From the human T2T-CHM13v2.0 reference genome, Homo sapiens, in the NCBI RefSeq assembly GCF_009914755.1, contig NC_060946.1: 64,000 nucleotides of DNA, one strand, 5' to 3'. How positions within the stretch are numbered: position 1 is the first letter of the stretch; the number at the start of each line of letters is the position of its first letter. The notes below the pieces were generated by a model, which saw only the letters and a list, made by a program, of their open reading frames with translations, searched no databases and was not told the origin of the DNA. Below are positions 16,456 through 30,770 of this stretch, piece after piece. Position numbers and translations under genes: made by a program.

Positions 16456-17350
16456 TTCGATTCCATTCGATGATGATTCCATTCGGGGCCACTGGAGGAT
16501 TCCATTCAATTCCATTCGATGATTCCATTCGAGTCCATTCGATGATTTCATTCGAGTCCATTCGAGGATGATTCCTTTTGATTCCATTCCATGATTATTC
16601 CATTCGATTCCATTCGATGAAGATTCCATTCGATTTTATTCAATGATTCTGTTCGATTCCATTCAATGATGCTTCTATTCAAATCCATTCAATGATTCCA
16701 TTCGATTCCATTCGAAGATGATTCCATTCCAGTCCTTTAGATGATTCCATTAGATAATGATTCCATTTGATTCCTTTCAATGAATAAATTCGATTTCATT
16801 CAATGATGTTTCTATTCGAGTCCATTCAATGATTCCATTCGATTCCATTCTATGATAATTCCATTCGAGCCCAATGGAAGTGTCCATTAGATTTCATTCG
16901 ATGATGATTCCATTCGAGTCCATTTGATGATTCCATTCGATTCCATTTGATGAGTCAATTCGATTCGTTTTGATGATTCCCTTCAATTCCATTCGATGAT
17001 AATTCCATTCAATCCCATTCGATAATTCCATTTGATTCCATTCATTGACAATTCCATTGCACTGCATTCGATGATGATTCCATTTGATTTCATTTGATGA
17101 TATTTGCATTCCATACCATTGTATGAATCCATTTGATTCCATTCGATGAGGATTCCATTGGAGTCCATTTGATGATTCCATTCGATTCCATTTGATGATT
17201 CAATTCAATTCCATTCGATGATTCCCTTCTATTCCATTCGATGATAATTCAATTTGAGTCTATTCAATGAATTCATTCGATTCCATTCGGTGTTGATTCC
17301 ATTCGAGTCCATTCGAGGATGATTCCATTCGAGTTCATTCCATGATTCCA

Positions 17351-17515
17351 TTCGATTCCATTCGTGATGATTCTATTCGATTCCGTTCGATGGTGATTCA
17401 ATTCGATTCCATTCGATGGTTATTCCATTTGATTCCATTCGGTGATGATTCTATTCAATTCCGTTCGATGGTGATTCAATTCGATTCCATTCGATGCTTA
17501 TTCCATTCGATTCCA
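17351..17515 (+). repeat. 78-bp (3x26) tandem duplication
   Basis: GTGATGATTCTATTC.ATTCCGTTCGATGGTGATTCAATTCGATTCC at 17364 and 17442. Confidence 0.85.
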
Positions 17516-17670
17516 TTTGATGATTTCATTCAATTCCATTCGATGATTTCATTCGATTCCATTCGATAATTCCATTCGATTCCATTTGATGATTCCATTC
17601 GATGATTTCATTTGATGATTTCATTCGATTCCATTCGATGATGATTCCATTCGAGTCCATTCGCTTATTC

Positions 17671-17788
17671 CATTCTATTCCATTAGATGACGATTACATT
17701 CGAGTCCATTCTATGATTCCATTCTATTCCATTAGATGATGATTACATTCGAGTCCATTCTATGATTCCATTCAATTCCATTAGATGA
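17671..17788 (+). repeat. 49-bp tandem duplication, about 2.4 copies
   Basis: CATTCTATTCCATTAGATGA.GATTACATTCGAGTCCATTCTATGATTC at 17671 and 17720. Confidence 0.85.
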
Positions 17789-19360
17789 TTACTCCATTCA
17801 ATTCCTTTTGATGATGATTCCTTTAGATCCCATTCCATGATGATTCCATTCGTTTCCATTTGATGATGATTCTATTAGTTTCCATTCAATGAGGATTCCA
17901 TTCGATGATGTTTCTATTCAATTACTTTCGAGGATTTTTTTTCTTCCTTTCGATGTTCATTCCATTCAATTCCACTGGATGATTCCATTCCATTCCATTC
18001 GATGATTATTCCATTTGATTCCATTTGATGATCAGTTATTTTGATTCCATTAGATGATGATTCCATTCAATTGGATTTGATGATGATTCCGTTTGATTCC
18101 ATTCAATGATGATTCCATTCGAGTCCATTCCATGATGATTCCATTCGAGTCCATTCCATGATGATTCCATTAGAGTCCATTTGATGATGATTCCATTCGA
18201 GTCCATTCAATGATTCCATTCTATTCCATTCAATGATGATTCCATTCGAGTCCATATGATGATTGCATTTGATTCCATTCGACGTTGATTCCATTCGAGT
18301 CAATTTGTTGATTCCATTTGATTCCATTCGATGATGATTCCATTTGATTCCATTCGATGATGATTCCATTCGACTCTTTTCAATGATTCCCTTCGATTCC
18401 ATTGAATGATGATTCCATTCTAGTCCTTTCCATGATTCCATTCGATTCCATTAGATGATGATGCCATTCAATTCCATTCGGTGAAGATACCCTGCAATTC
18501 CATTTGATGATTATTCCATTCGATTCCATTTGATGATGATTCCATTCGATTCCATTTGATGATGATTCGATTCAATGACGATTCTGTTCAATTCCATTTG
18601 ATGATGATTCCCTTCCATTCCATTAGATGACGATGCCATTCGATTCCATTTGATGATGATTCCATTCGATTCCATTCAATGATTATTCCATTCGAGGCCA
18701 TTCGATGATTCCATTCAATTCCATTAGATGATTCCATTCAATTCCACTTGCTGATGATTCCATTCAATTCCATGTGATGATGATTCCATTCGATTCCATT
18801 CGATGATGATTCCATCTGAGTCCATTCGATGATGATTCCATTTGAGTTCATTCAATGATTGCATTCGATTCCATTTGATGATTATTCCATTCGATGCCAT
18901 TAGATGGGGATTCCATTCTATTTCATTCAATGATCATTCCCTTTGATTCCACTTGATGATTCATTTCGATTCCACTCAATGATGACTCCATTTGAGTCCA
19001 TTCGATGATTCCATTTGATTCCATTCAATGATGATTCCATTCGGGTACATTCCATGATTCCAATCGATTCCATTCAATGATGATTCCATTCAATTCCATT
19101 CGATGACTATTCCTTTTGCTTCCATTCGATGATGATTCCATTCAATTCCATTCGATGATGATTCCTTTCGATTCCATTCCATAATGTTTCCATTTGATTC
19201 CATTCGAAGATTTAATTCAAATCCTTTTGATGATGATTCCATTCAATTCCATGCGATGATTATTCCACTCGGGTCCATTCGATGATGATTCCGTTCCATT
19301 CCACTCAATGATGAATCCACTCGAGTCCATTCAATGATAAAATTCCATTCCATTCGATGA

Positions 19361-19460
19361 TGATTACAGTCGGGTACATTCCATGATTCCAATCGATTCC
19401 ATTCAATTATGATTACATTCGGGTACATTCCATGATTCCAATCGATTCCATTCGATTATG
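19361..19460 (+). repeat. 49-bp tandem duplication with a further copy at 19042
   Basis: CGGGTACATTCCATGATTCCAATCGATTCCATTC at 19042, 19371 and 19420. Confidence 0.85.
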
Positions 19461-20769
19461 ATTCCATTCAATTCAATTCGATGATGATTCCTTTTGATTC
19501 CATTCGGTGATGATTCCATTTGATTCCATTCAGTGATGATTCCTTTTGATTCCATTCGATGATGATTCAATTTTATTCCAATCGATGATGATTCCTTTCG
19601 ATTACATTAGATGATGATTCCATTCGATTCCATTCGATGATGATTCCTTTTGATTACATTTGATGATGATTCCACTTGATTCCATTCGATGATTAAATTC
19701 GATTTCTTTTGATGATGATTCCATTCGATTCCATAAGATGATTATTCCATTCGATACGATTCGATGATGATTCCATTTGGTTCCATTCCATGGTGATTCC
19801 ATTTGATACCATTCGATGATGATTCCTTTCAATTCGTTTCAATGATTCCATCCAATTCCATTCAATGATTCCATTCGATTCCATTCAATGATGATTCCAT
19901 TCGAGTCTATTCGATGATTCCATTTGAATTCATTTGGTGATGATTCCCTTAGATTGCATTCAATGATTCCTTTCTATTCCATTCGATGATGATTCCATTC
20001 ATGTACATTCGATGATTCCATTCGAGTCCATTTAATGATTACATTGGGTTCAATTCGATGACAATTACTTTGGATTCCATTCTATGTTTCCATTTGATTC
20101 CACTCATTGATGATTCCATTCGATTCCATTCGAAGATGATTCCATTCGATTTCATTCAATGGTTCTATTCGATTCCATTCAATGATGATTCAATTCTCTT
20201 CCATTCGATGATTCCATTCCATTCCATTCGATGATGATTCCATTCGATTGCATTCTATGGTGATTCCATTCGAGTCCATTCGAAGATTCCATTCGATTAC
20301 GTTCCATGACGATTCCATTTGAGTCCATTCGATGATTCCATTCGACTCCATTCGACGATGATTCCATTCGATGCTATTTGATGATTCCTTTTGATTCCAT
20401 TCGATGATGATTACAATCAACTCCATTTGATGATTCCATTCGAGGCCATTCAATGATGATTGCATTCGTGTCCATTCGATGATTCCATTCAATTCCATTC
20501 GATGATGATTCCATTCGAATCCATTTGATGATTCCACTCGATTCTGTTCGATGACTCCATTTGATCCCATTTGATGATTCCCTTCGATTCCATATCGTGA
20601 TCCTTCCATTTGATTCAATTCAGTGATTCCATTTGATTCTATTCAATGATTGTTCCAATCGAATCCTATAGATGATGATTCCCTTTGATTTCATTTGATT
20701 ATGATTATATTCGATTCCATTTGATGATGATTCCATTCGAGTCTGTTCAATGATTACATTTGATTCCAT

Positions 20770-23700
20770 TCGATGATGATTCCACTCAAGTCCATTCATT
20801 GATTCCATTCGATTCCGTTCGATGATTTCATTAGATTCCATTCGAAGATAATTCCATTCGATGTCATTCGATGATTCCATTCGAATCCATTCAACGATGA
20901 TTCCATTCATGTACATTTGATGATTCCATTCGATTCCATTTGATGGTCATTCCATTAGAGTCCATTCGATGATTCTGTTCAATTCCATTCAATGATGATT
21001 CCATTCTAATCCACTAGATGATTCCATTCGATTCCATTCGATGATGACTACAATCGGTTCCATTTGATGATGATTCCAACGGATTCCATTCTATTTCTTC
21101 ATTTGATTCCATTCGTTAATGATTCCATTCGTTTCCATTAGATGATGATTCCATTAGATTCCATTCAATGATGATTCCGTTTGATTCCATTCAATGACTA
21201 TTCCATTTAATTCCATTCAATGATGATTCCACTCGATTCCATTCGATGATTCCATTTGATTCCATTCGATGGTGATTGCATTCGGGTGCATTCTATGATT
21301 CCATTCGATTCCACTCGATGATATTTCAATTCGAGTCCATTCAATGATTCCTTTCGATTCCATTCGATGATGATTCCATTCGAGTCCATTCGATGATTGC
21401 ATTCGAGTCCATTTGATGATTCCATTCGATTCCATGCGATGATGATTCCATCGAATACATTCAATTATTCCATTTGATTTCACTCGATGATGACTGCATT
21501 CGGTTCCATTCTATGATGATTCCAACGGACTCCATTTGATGACTCCATTCGATTCCATTCATTGATGATTCCATTCGATTCCATTCGATGATGTTTCCAT
21601 TCGATTCCATTCGTTGATGATTCCATTCGATTCCATTCGATGATGTTTCCATTCGATTCCATTCGATGATGATTTCATTTGACTCCATTCCATGATTATT
21701 CCATTCGATTCCATTCAATGATGATTCCATTTGATTCCATTCGATGATTCCTTTTGATTCCATTTGAGTCCATTCGATGATTCCAGTCGATTCCATTCGA
21801 TGATGATTCCATTCGATGATTCCATTCAATACCATTCGATGTCTCCTTTCGATTCCACTTGATGTTGATTTCATTGGAGTCCATTCAATGATTGCAGTCC
21901 ATTCCATTCGATGATCATTCCATTCGATGATTCCATTCAATACCATTCAATGTTTCCTTTCGATTCCACTCGATGTTGATTTCATTGGAGTCCATTCCAT
22001 GATTCCATTCGAGTGCATTCCATGATTTCATTCGATTCCATTCGATGATGATTTCATTCGAACCCATTCAATGATGATTCCATTTGATTCCATTCGATGA
22101 TTCCATTGGATTCCATTCTCTGTTTTATTTCGATTCTTTTTGATGATGATTCCTTTCTCTTTCATTCAATGATCTCATCCGATTCTAATCCATGATAATT
22201 CCATTCTATTCCATTTGATGAAAATTCCATTCGATTCCATTTGATGATAATTGCATTCGATTCTATTTGACGCTGATTCTATTCGATTCCTTTCAATGAT
22301 GATTCCATTCAATTCCATTCGATGATTCCATTTGATTCCATTCGATGATGATTCCATTCGAGACCTTTTGATGATTCCATTCAATTCCATTCAATAATGA
22401 TTCCATTCGAGTCCATTTGATGACTCCATTCAAGTCCCTTTGATGATTCCATCTGATTCCATTCGATGATGATTCCATTAGGGTCCATTCGATGATACCA
22501 TCCGATTCCATTCAGTGATGATTTCATTCGATTCCATTCAATGATTCCATTCGATTCCATTCGATGATGATTCCAATCAATTCCAATAGATGATTCCCTT
22601 CGAATCCATTTGATAATGAGTCTATTCATTTCAATTCCGTGATGATTCCATTCGATTCAATTCGATGGTGTTTCCATTTGATTCCATTCGATGTTGATTC
22701 CATTTGATTCCATTGGATGATGATTCCATTCGAGTCCATTCGATGATGGTTCCATTCGAGTCCATTCGATGTTGATTCCATCCGATTACATTCGATGATT
22801 CTATTCGATTCCAATTAATGATGATTCCATCTTATTCCATTCGATGAATCATTCGATTCCATTCGATGATGATTCCATTCGAAGAATCATTCGATTCCAT
22901 TTGATGATGATTCCATTCGTTTAAATCCGATGATGATTCCATTCGATTCCATTTGATGATTATTCCATTTGAGTAAATTCAATGATTCCATTCGATATCA
23001 TTTGATGATGATTCCACTCAAGTCCATTCGATGATTCCATTCGATTCCATTCGATGATTTCATTAGATTCCATTCGAAGATGATTCCATTCGATGTCATT
23101 TGATGATTCCATTCGAATCCATTCAACAATGATTCCATTCGTGTACATTCGATGATTCCATTCGATTCCATTTGATGGTCATTCCATTCGAGTCCATTCG
23201 ATGATTCCATTCAATTCCATTCGATGATGATTCCATTCTAATCCATTAGATGATTCCATTCTATTCCATTCGAAGATGACTGCATTCGGTTCCATTTGAT
23301 GATGATTCCAACGGATTCCATTCTATTTCTTCATTTGATTCCATTCGTTGATGATTCCATTCATTTCCATTATATGATGATTCCATTAGATTCCATTCGA
23401 TGATGATTCCATTCAATTCCATTCAATGATGATTCCATTTAATTCCATTCAATGATGATTCCACTCAATTCCATTCGATGATTCCATTCTATTCCATTCG
23501 ATGGTGATTGCATTCGAGTGCATTCGATGATTCCATTCAATTCCACTCAATGATACTTCAATTCGAGTCCGTTCGATGATTCCTTTCGATTCCATTCGAT
23601 GATGATTCCATTCGAGTCCATTTGATTATTGCATTCGAGTCCATTCGATGATTCCATTCGATTCCATGTGATGATTCCATTGAGTCCATTCAATGATTCC

Positions 23701-25135
23701 ATTTGATTTCATTTGATGTTGACTGCATTCGGTTCCATTCTATGATGATTCCAACGGACTCCATTCGATGACTCCATTCGATTCCATTCATTGATGATTC
23801 CATTCGATTCCATTCGATGATGTTTCCATTCGATTCCATTCGTTGATGATTCCATTCGATTCCATTCGATAATGTTTCCATTCGATTCCATTCGATGATG
23901 ATTCCATTCTACTCCATTCCATGATTATTCCATTTGATTCCATTCAATGATGATTCCATTCAATTCCATTCGATGACTCCTTTTGATTCCATTCAATAAT
24001 GATTCCATTCGGGTCCATTCGATGATTCCAATTGATTCCATTCAATGATGATTCCATTCGATGATTCCATTCAATTCTATTCGATATTTCCTTTCAATTC
24101 TACTCGATGTTGATTCCATTGGAGTCCATTCGATGATTCCATTCGAATGCTTTCCATGATTTCATTCGATTCCATTTGATGATGATTCCATTCAAATCCA
24201 TTCAATAATGATTCCATTGATTCCATTCGATGATTACATTGGATTCCATTCTTTGTTTTATTTAGAGTCTTTTTGATGATGATTCCTTTCTCTTTCATTC
24301 GATGATCCCATACGATTCTAATCCATGATGATTCCATTCGATCCCATTTGATGAAAATTCCATTCAATTCCATTCGATGATGATTGCATTCGATTCTATT
24401 TGATGCTGATTCTATTTGGTTCCTTTCGATGGTGATTCCATTCGATTCCATTCGATGATTCCATTCAATTCCATTCGATGATGATTCCATTCGAGACCTT
24501 TCAATGATTCCATTCAATTCCATTCAATAATGATTCCATTCGAGTCCATTCGATGACTCCATTCAAGTCCATGAGATGATTCCGTCTGATTCCATTTGAT
24601 GATTCCATTAGGGTCCATTCGATGATTCCATTCTATTCCATTTGGTGATGATTTCATTTGATTCCATTCAATGATTCCATTCGATTCCATTCGATGATGA
24701 TTCCAATCAATTCCAATAGATGATTCCCTTTGAATCCATTTGATGATGAGTCTATTCATTTCAATTCCGTGATGATTCCATTCGATTCAATTCGATGGTG
24801 TTTCCATTCGATTCCATTCGATGTTGATTCCATTTGATTCCATTGGATGATGATTCCATTCGAGTCCATTCCATGATGGTTCCATTCAAGTCCATTCGAT
24901 GATGATTCCATTTGATTACATTTGACGATTCTATTCGATTCCATTCAATGATGAATCCATCTTATTCCATTTGATGAATCATTCGATTCCATTTGATAAT
25001 GATTCCATTTCATGAATCATTCGATTCCATTCGATGATGATTCCATTCGTTTAAATCCGATGATGATTCCATTCGATTCCATTTGATGATTATTCCATTC
25101 GAGTAAATTCAATGATTCCATTCGATACCATACGA
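20770..25135 (+). repeat. About 2.2-kb diverged tandem duplication in HSat2 (copy 1 about 20770-23001, copy 2 about 23002-25135)
   Basis: Colinear rare landmarks: TCCACTCAAGTCC 20781/23013 (offset 2232); TTCCAACGGATTCCATTCTATTTCTTC about 21074/23306; TGTTTTATTT...TTCCTTTCTCTTTC about 22121/24255; TTAAATCCGA 22921/25051 and GAGTAAATTC 22971/25101 (offset 2130). Confidence 0.9.
21766..22005 (+). repeat. 111-bp tandem duplication present only in copy 1 of the 2.2-kb unit
   Basis: TCCATTCAATACCATTC..TGT.TCCTTTCGATTCCACT.GATGTTGATTTCATTGGAGTCC at 21821 and 21932. Only one copy at about 24066-24130. Confidence 0.85.
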
Positions 25136-28100
25136 TGATGATTCCATTCGAGTCCATTCGATGATTCCATTCGAGTCCATTCAATGATTCCATTCGAGTC
25201 CATTTGATGATTCCATTCGAGTCCATTCAATGATTCCATTCGAGTTCATTCGATGATTCCATTTGATTCCATTTGATGAAGATTCCATATGAGTCCATTT
25301 GATGTTTCCATTTGATTCCAATTGATGATGATTTCTTTCGAGTCCTTTCGATGATTCAATTTCATTCCATTCGATGATGATTCCATTCGAGCACATTGAC
25401 TATTCCGTTCCATTCCATTCGATGATTCCATTTGAGTACATTTGATTATTCTATTCCATTCCTTTCGAAAATTCCGTTCAATTCCATTTGATGTTGATTC
25501 CATTCGAGTCCTTTCGATGATTATTCCATTCAATCCTATTCGATGATTCCATTCGATTCCATTCAATGATGATTCCATCCGTGTCCCTTCGATGATTCCA
25601 TTTGGTAAAATTGGATGATGATTCCATTCGATTGCATTCGATGATTCCATTCTATTCCTTCGATGATGATTGCATTTGAGTCCATTCGATGATTCCATTC
25701 AAGTCCATTTAATGATTCCATTTGGTTCAATTCAATGATGATTATATTGGATTCCATTCTATGGTTCCATTCTATTCCATTCGTTCATGATTCCATTCGA
25801 TTCCACTCGATGGTGACTTTATTCGGTTTCATTCAATGATTCTATTCAATTCCTTTCAATGATGAATCAATTCTTTTCCATTGGATGATTATATTCGATT
25901 CCATTTGATGATGATTTCATTCGATTCCATTCGATGATGATTCCATTTGATTGCATTTGATGATGATTCCATTCGTGTCCATTTGAAGTTTCCATTCGAT
26001 TACATTGCATGACGATTCCATTCCAGTCCATTCGATGATTCCATTCAACTGCATTCGACGATGATTCCATTCGATGCTATTCGATGATTCCACTAGATTA
26101 CATTTGATGATGATTCCATTTGACTCCATTTGATAATTCCATTCGAGTCCTTACCATTATTCCGTTAGATTCCATTCGATGAGGATTCCATTAGATGCCA
26201 TTCGATGTTTCCATTTGATTCCATTCGATGATGTTTCCATTCGAGTCCATTCAATGATAACTGCATTGGATTCCATTCGATGACTCCATTTGATTCCATT
26301 CAATGATGATTCCGATCGATTCCATTCAATGATTCCATTCGATTCCATTCCATGATTCCAATTGATTCAATTCGATAATGATACCTTTCGAGTCCATTTG
26401 ATGATTACATTCGAGTCCATTTGATAATTCCATTTGAGTCCAATCCATGATTTCATTCGAGACCATTCAATCATTCCATTTGAGTCCATTCGATGATGAT
26501 TCCATTCGAGTCCATTCAATGATTCCATTTGATAGTTCCATTTGAGTCCATTCCATGATTGCTTTTGATTCCATTTGATGATATTCCATTCCACTCCATT
26601 CAGTGATTCCATTCGATTCTATTCAATGATGATTCCATTCGTGTCCATTCGGTGATTCCATTCAATTTCATTCAATGATGATTCCTTAGGAGTCTATTAG
26701 ATGATTCCATTCGATTCCATTACATGATGATTCCATTGGAGTCCATTCAGTGATTCCTTCGATTCCATTCTATGATGATTCCATTCGAGTCCAATTGATG
26801 ACTCCATTCGATTCCATTTGATGATGATTTCATTCGAGTCCATTCAACGATTCTATTCAATTCCATTCGATGATGATTCCATTCCACTCCATACGATGAT
26901 TCAATTTGAGTCCATTCGATTATTCCATTAGATTCCATTCGATGATGATTCCATTCGATGCCATTCAGTGATTACATTCGATTCCTTTCAGTGATGATTG
27001 CATTCGTGTCCATTCGAATATTCCATTCGATTCCCTTGGATGATGATTTCATTTGAGTCCATTTGATGATAAATTCATTCATGTCCATTCAATGATGATT
27101 CAATTCGATTACATTCGATGGTTCTATTCGATTCCATTCGATGATGATTCCATCTGATTCCATTCGATGAATCCATTCAATTCCATTCTATGAAGATTCC
27201 ATTCATTTCCATTCGATGATGATTCCATTCGATTCCATTCAATGATTCCTTTCGATTCCATTCAATGATGATTCCAATCAATTCCATTTGATGATTCCAT
27301 TCGAATCCATTCAATGATGAGTCCATTCGTTTCAATTCCATCATGATTCCATTCGACTCAATTCGATGGTGTTTCCATTCGATTCCATTTGATGTTGATT
27401 CCATTGGATTCCATTGGATGATTATTACATTTGAGTCCATTCGATGATGATTCCATTCGATTTCATTTGATGATTCTATTTGATTCCATTCGATGATGAT
27501 TCCATCTGACTCCATTTGATGATTCCATTCAATTCCATTCAATGATGATTCCATTCATTTCCAACCAATGATGATTCTATTCGATTCCATTCAATGATTA
27601 TTCCATTCGAGTCCATTCAATGATTCCACTCGATACCATTCAATGATGATTCCATTCGAGTCTGTTCAATGATTCCATTCGACTCCATTCAATGATGCTA
27701 TTCGATTCCATCCGATAATTCCGTTCAATTCCATATAATGATTATTCCGTTTGAGTCCCTTTGATGATTATTCCATTCGATTCTATTTGGTGATTCTTTT
27801 CGATTCCATTTGATAATGATTCCATTCGAGACCATTCGATGATTCCATTCATTTCATTTGATGATGATTCCATTCAATTCCATTCGATGATTCCATTAGA
27901 TTCCATTTGACAATGATTTCATTTGATTCCATTTGATGAAGATTCCATGCGATTCCATTTGATGATGACTCCTTTTGCTTCCATTCGAAGATGATTCCAT
28001 TCAGTTCCATTCGATGATTATTCCTTTGGATTCCATTTGCTGATGATTCCATTCTACTCCATTTGATGTTTATTCTTTTTTATTCCATTCGATGATTATT

Positions 28101-30740
28101 CCATTTAATTCCATTCGATGATGATTCCATTCGATTCTGTACGATGATGATTCGATTCCAATCCATTTGATGATTCCATTCGATTCCATTCGAAGATTCC
28201 ATTCGATCCCTTTAGAAGATTATTCCATTCGAGTCCATTCGGTGATTCCTTTCTATGCCAATTGAAGATTTTTCCATTCAAGTCCATTCAATGATACCAT
28301 TCGATACCATTAGTTGATGATTCCATTCAAGGGCATTTGATCATACCATTTGATTCCATTTGATGATGATTCCATTTGATGATTCCATTCAATTCCATTC
28401 TATGATCATTCCATTTGAGTCCATTTGATGATTCCATTGGACTCCATTTGATGATGATTCCATTCAATGATTCCATTCGATTCTATTCAATGATGATCCC
28501 ATTCGATTTCGTTTGTTTGCTGATTCTATTCAATTCCATTCCATCATTCAATTTGACTCCATTCAATGATTCCATTCAATTCCATTTGATGATTCCATTT
28601 GATTCTATTCAACGATGATTCCATTCGATTCCATTCGATAATGACTGCATTCTGTTCCATTTGATGATTCCATTCGATTCTATTTGATGGTGATTCCATT
28701 CGTGTCCATTCGTTGATTCCATTCGATTTCATTCAGTGATGATTCCTTTTGAGTGCTTTAGATTATTCCATTTGATTCCATTTGATGACGATTCCATTCG
28801 AGTCCATTCAGTGATCCCATTCAATTCCATTAGATGATGATTCCATTTGATTCCATTCAATGATTCCATTCGATTCCATTTGATGATGATTTCATTCGAG
28901 TCCATTCGGTGATTCCGTTTGATTCAATTCGATGATGATTTCATTCGAGTCCATTCAATGGTTCCATTTGATTCCATTTGATGATGATTCCTTTCGAATC
29001 CATTCAATGATTCTATTTGAATTCATTTGATGATTGCTTTTGATATTTGATGATTATTCCATTCAAGTCCATTCGATGATTCCACTCGATTCCATTCGAT
29101 GATAATTCCATTCGAGTCCATTTGATGATTCCGATTGCTTCCATTCTCCGATGATTACATTTGAGTCCATTCAATGATTCCCCTCGATTCCATACGATGT
29201 AGATTCCTTTTGATTCCATTCGATGATTCCATTCTATTCCATTCAATGATGATTCCATTCGAGTACATTAGATGATACCATTCAATTCCATTCGATGATG
29301 ATTCTATTCGTGCCCATTAGATAATTTCACATGATTCCATTCGATAGTGATTCCATTCGAGTGCATTCGTTCATTCCATTTGATTCCATTGGACGATGAT
29401 TCCATTTCATTCAATTCACTGGTGATTCCATTCAATTACATTCATTGATTCCATTCCGTGCCATTCGACAATGATTCCATTCAATTCCATTCGATGATTC
29501 CACTCGATTCCTCTTGACAATGATTCCCTTCCATTCCATTCGATGATTCCCTTTGATTCCATTCGATGATGATTGCCTTCAATTCCATTTGATGATTCCA
29601 TTTGGTTCCATTCAATGATGATTCTGTTTGATTCCATTTGATGATTCCATTTGATTACATTCGAGGATTCCATTTGATACCATTTGATAATCATTCCATT
29701 CGATTCCATTCAATGATTTCATTCGATTCCAATCGATGATGATTCCATTCCAGGCCATTCGATGATTCCATTCAATTCCATTCGATGATGCTTCCATGCG
29801 ATGCCATTAGATGTTTCCATTCGAATCCATTCAGTGATGATTCCATTCGAGTCCATTCGAAGATTCTATTCGATTCACTCGATGATAATTCCATTCGATT
29901 CAATTCAATGATTCCTTTTGATTCCATTCGATGATGAATCCATTTGAGTCCATTCGATGATTGCATTCAAGCCCTTTTGATGATTCCATTCGGTTCCATG
30001 CAATGATGATTCCAATGAGTCCATTTGATGATTCCATTTGATTCCATTCGATGATGACTGCTTTCGGTTCCATTCGATGGTGATTCCAACAGACTCCATT
30101 CGATGACTCCATTCGATTCCATTCATTGATGATTTCATTCGATTCCATTCAATTATGATTCAATTCAATTTCATGCGATGATTCCACTTGATTCCATTTG
30201 ATGATGATTCCATTCTTGTCCAATCGATGATTCCATTCAATTCCATTTGATGATGATTCCATTCGAGTCCATTCGATGATTCCATTCGACTACATTTGAT
30301 GATAATTCCATTGGATGCTATTCGATGATTCCATTCGATTCCATTCTATGATGATTACATTCGACTCCATTTGATGAATCCATTCGAGTCCATTCAATGA
30401 TGATTGCATTCATGTCCATTCGATGATTCCATTCAATTCCATTCGATGATGATTCCATTTGAGTCCATTCAATGATTCCATTCGAATCCATTCGATGATT
30501 CCACTCGATTCCATTCAATGACTCCGTTCGATCCCGTTCAATGATTCCATTTGATTCCAGTTCATGATTCTTCCATTTGATTCAATTCGGTGATTCCATT
30601 CAATTCTATTCAATGATTGCTCCAATAGAATCCTAGAGATGATGATTCCATTCGATTCCATTTGATTACGATTATATTCGATTCCATTTGATGATGATTC
30701 CTTTCGAGTCCATTCGATGATTCCATTAGATTCCATTGGA

Positions 30741-30770
30741 TGATGATTCCACTCGGGACTCGAATGGAAT
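30741..30770. other. Strand-switch junction HSat2(+) to HSat3(-); probable inversion breakpoint at 30755/30756 (up to 2 bp ambiguity)
   Basis: Reads TGATGATTCCACTCG|GGACTCGAATGGAAT with no inserted bases. C/T-rich sequence changes abruptly to G/A-rich. Confidence 0.9.

Larger units (their letters stand above)
1..30755 (+). repeat. Human satellite II (HSat2/HSATII) array, diverged, CATTC strand on +; open at left edge
   Basis: Continuous ATTCCATTCGATTCCATTCGATGATG / TTCGAGTCCATTC pattern in mixed 23- and 26-bp units. GATGAT interruptions and frequent TCGA distinguish it from HSat3. No non-satellite insert seen. Confidence 0.96.

Noticed and set aside
17921-17950. T-run (and A-runs near 34211, 34236 and 42330) as retrotransposon tails or terminators
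   Set aside because: Runs are only 6-8 nt, sit within satellite phase, and have no adjacent Alu/L1 body or hairpin.
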